This document shows, piece after piece, positions 37,509 through 38,490 of a stretch of 38,490 nucleotides of DNA. Each line of letters opens with the position of its first letter. Positions within the stretch are counted from its first letter, which is position 1. A program made the translations under genes and the position numbers. The DNA is taken from positions 1 to 38,490 of the forward strand of contig CADAQS010000001.1 of assembly GCA_902790115.1 (NCBI GenBank), in the 5' to 3' direction. Below the pieces are notes generated by a model. It was given only the letters and a program-made list of their open reading frames with translations. It searched no databases and was not told the origin of the DNA. Origin of the DNA: an uncultured Eubacteriales bacterium. GTDB taxonomy: Bacteria > Bacillota > Clostridia > Christensenellales > CAG-138.

Positions 37509-38355
37509 CCTGTTTTCCAAGCTCGCGCAATATCTGCAGTTCCCGTTCGTCCGGTATGCGCTGATCGTCGGCGTGCTGATCGCGCTGTGCTCGTCGCTGC
37601 TCGGCGTAACGCTTGTTTTGAAACGGTTTTCGTTCATCGGGGACGGGCTGTCGCACGTCGCGTTCGGCGCGATGGCGATCGCCGCGATTTTGCACCTCAG
37701 TAACGACATGCCGCTTGTGCTGCTGATCACGACCGTTTCGGCGGTGCTGCTGCTGCGCACCGGGCAGAACGCGAAAATCAAGGGCGACGCCTCGATCGCG
37801 ATGATCTCGGTCGGCGCGCTCGCGATCGGGTACCTTCTGATGCACATCTTCCCGGTTACGTCGTCGAACCTGTCGGGCGACGTCTGCTCGACGCTGTTCG
37901 GCTCGACCTCGATCCTGACGCTGACCAGGGGCGAAGTCGTGCTCTGCGCCGTGCTGTCGGTCCTCGTCGTCGCGGTGTTCTGCCTGTTCTACCACAAGAT
38001 CTTCGCGGTCACCTTTGACGAGAGCTTCGCCCGCGCGACCGGCATCCGCGCCGACCTCTGCAACCTGCTGATCGCGGTCGTGATCGCGGTCATCATCGTG
38101 CTGGCAATGAACCTCGTCGGCTCGCTGCTGATCTCGGCGCTCGTGATCTTCCCCGCGCTGTCGGCGATGCGCGTGTTCAAAAGCTTCCAAAGGGTCACGG
38201 TCGCGTCCGCGATCCTTTCGGTCGTCTGCGCGCTGCTGGGGCTTTTGGTCTCGATCCTCGCCGGAACGCCGGTCGGCTCCACGATCGTCGCCATGGACAT
38301 CGCAGCCTTTGCGCTCTTCTCGCTGATCGGGAAACTGTCCGGCAGGCAGGCGTGA
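37501..38355 (+). CDS. Zn/Mn ABC transporter permease (ZnuB-like)
   Basis: LVLKRFSFIGDGLSHVAFG, LFGS..IL, TFDESFA..G, VGSLLISAL.IFP; overlaps the ATPase stop. Confidence 0.93.
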   Translation: MSDLFSKLAQYLQFPFVRYALIVGVLIALCSSLLGVTLVLKRFSFIGDGLSHVAFGAMAIAAILHLSNDMPLVLLITTVSAVLLLRTGQNAKIKGDASIAMISVGALAIGYLLMHIFPVTSSNLSGDVCSTLFGSTSILTLTRGEVVLCAVLSVLVVAVFCLFYHKIFAVTFDESFARATGIRADLCNLLIAVVIAVIIVLAMNLVGSLLISALVIFPALSAMRVFKSFQRVTVASAILSVVCALLGLLVSILAGTPVGSTIVAMDIAAFALFSLIGKLSGRQA

Positions 38356-38407
38356 TCCGCATCCGGGTTCTGATGTATGGATTCTGATGCATGGATTTTA
38401 TCAGAAA

Positions 38408-38464
38408 GGTCCTTTTCTTCCACGGTGAAGAAAAGGACCAAAAGAAGCCGGAGACTTCTTTTTT
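38408..38464. terminator. Tandem hairpins after the metal ABC operon
   Basis: Perfect 13-bp stem ggtccttttcttc-cacggt-gaagaaaaggacc and aaaagaag-ccggaga-cttctttttt. Confidence 0.7.
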
Positions 38465-38490
38465 GAAAGCTTTGGGAAGGGAGGGAAGTT

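Overview
High-GC chromosomal segment from a Firmicute, probably Clostridia-class (T-box leader, sigmaA promoters, hemZ, tmcAL, DegV). It is mostly housekeeping genes: the 3' end of a membrane pyrophosphatase, thyA-folA, leuS-mscS, lgt, pyrG-glnA-DUF4250, recJ-rel-dtd-MBL-hemZ, pta-ackA, tmcAL, an ECF sigma/anti-sigma pair, copA, hisS-aspS-trxA with a T-box, a sugar O-acetyltransferase, DegV and a Fur/Zur-regulated znuACB-like operon. I found no rRNA, tRNA, CRISPR array, transposase or integrase. The most interesting signals are regulatory. (1) The pyrG-glnA leader has a consensus promoter whose predicted +1 is the A of an 18-codon leaderless uORF, and that uORF stops at competing hairpins, suggesting an undescribed attenuator. 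(2) An AT-richer islet (about 30.5-34.2 kb) holds two paralogous uncharacterised lipoproteins (DUF6034-like). Each is preceded by four hexamers in 11-bp phase ending 9-10 nt before a -10 box (PhoP/OmpR-like architecture). (3) One of these genes also carries the same ECF-type promoter motif found upstream of the window's ECF sigma gene. All calls come from reading motifs by eye; no database searches were run.
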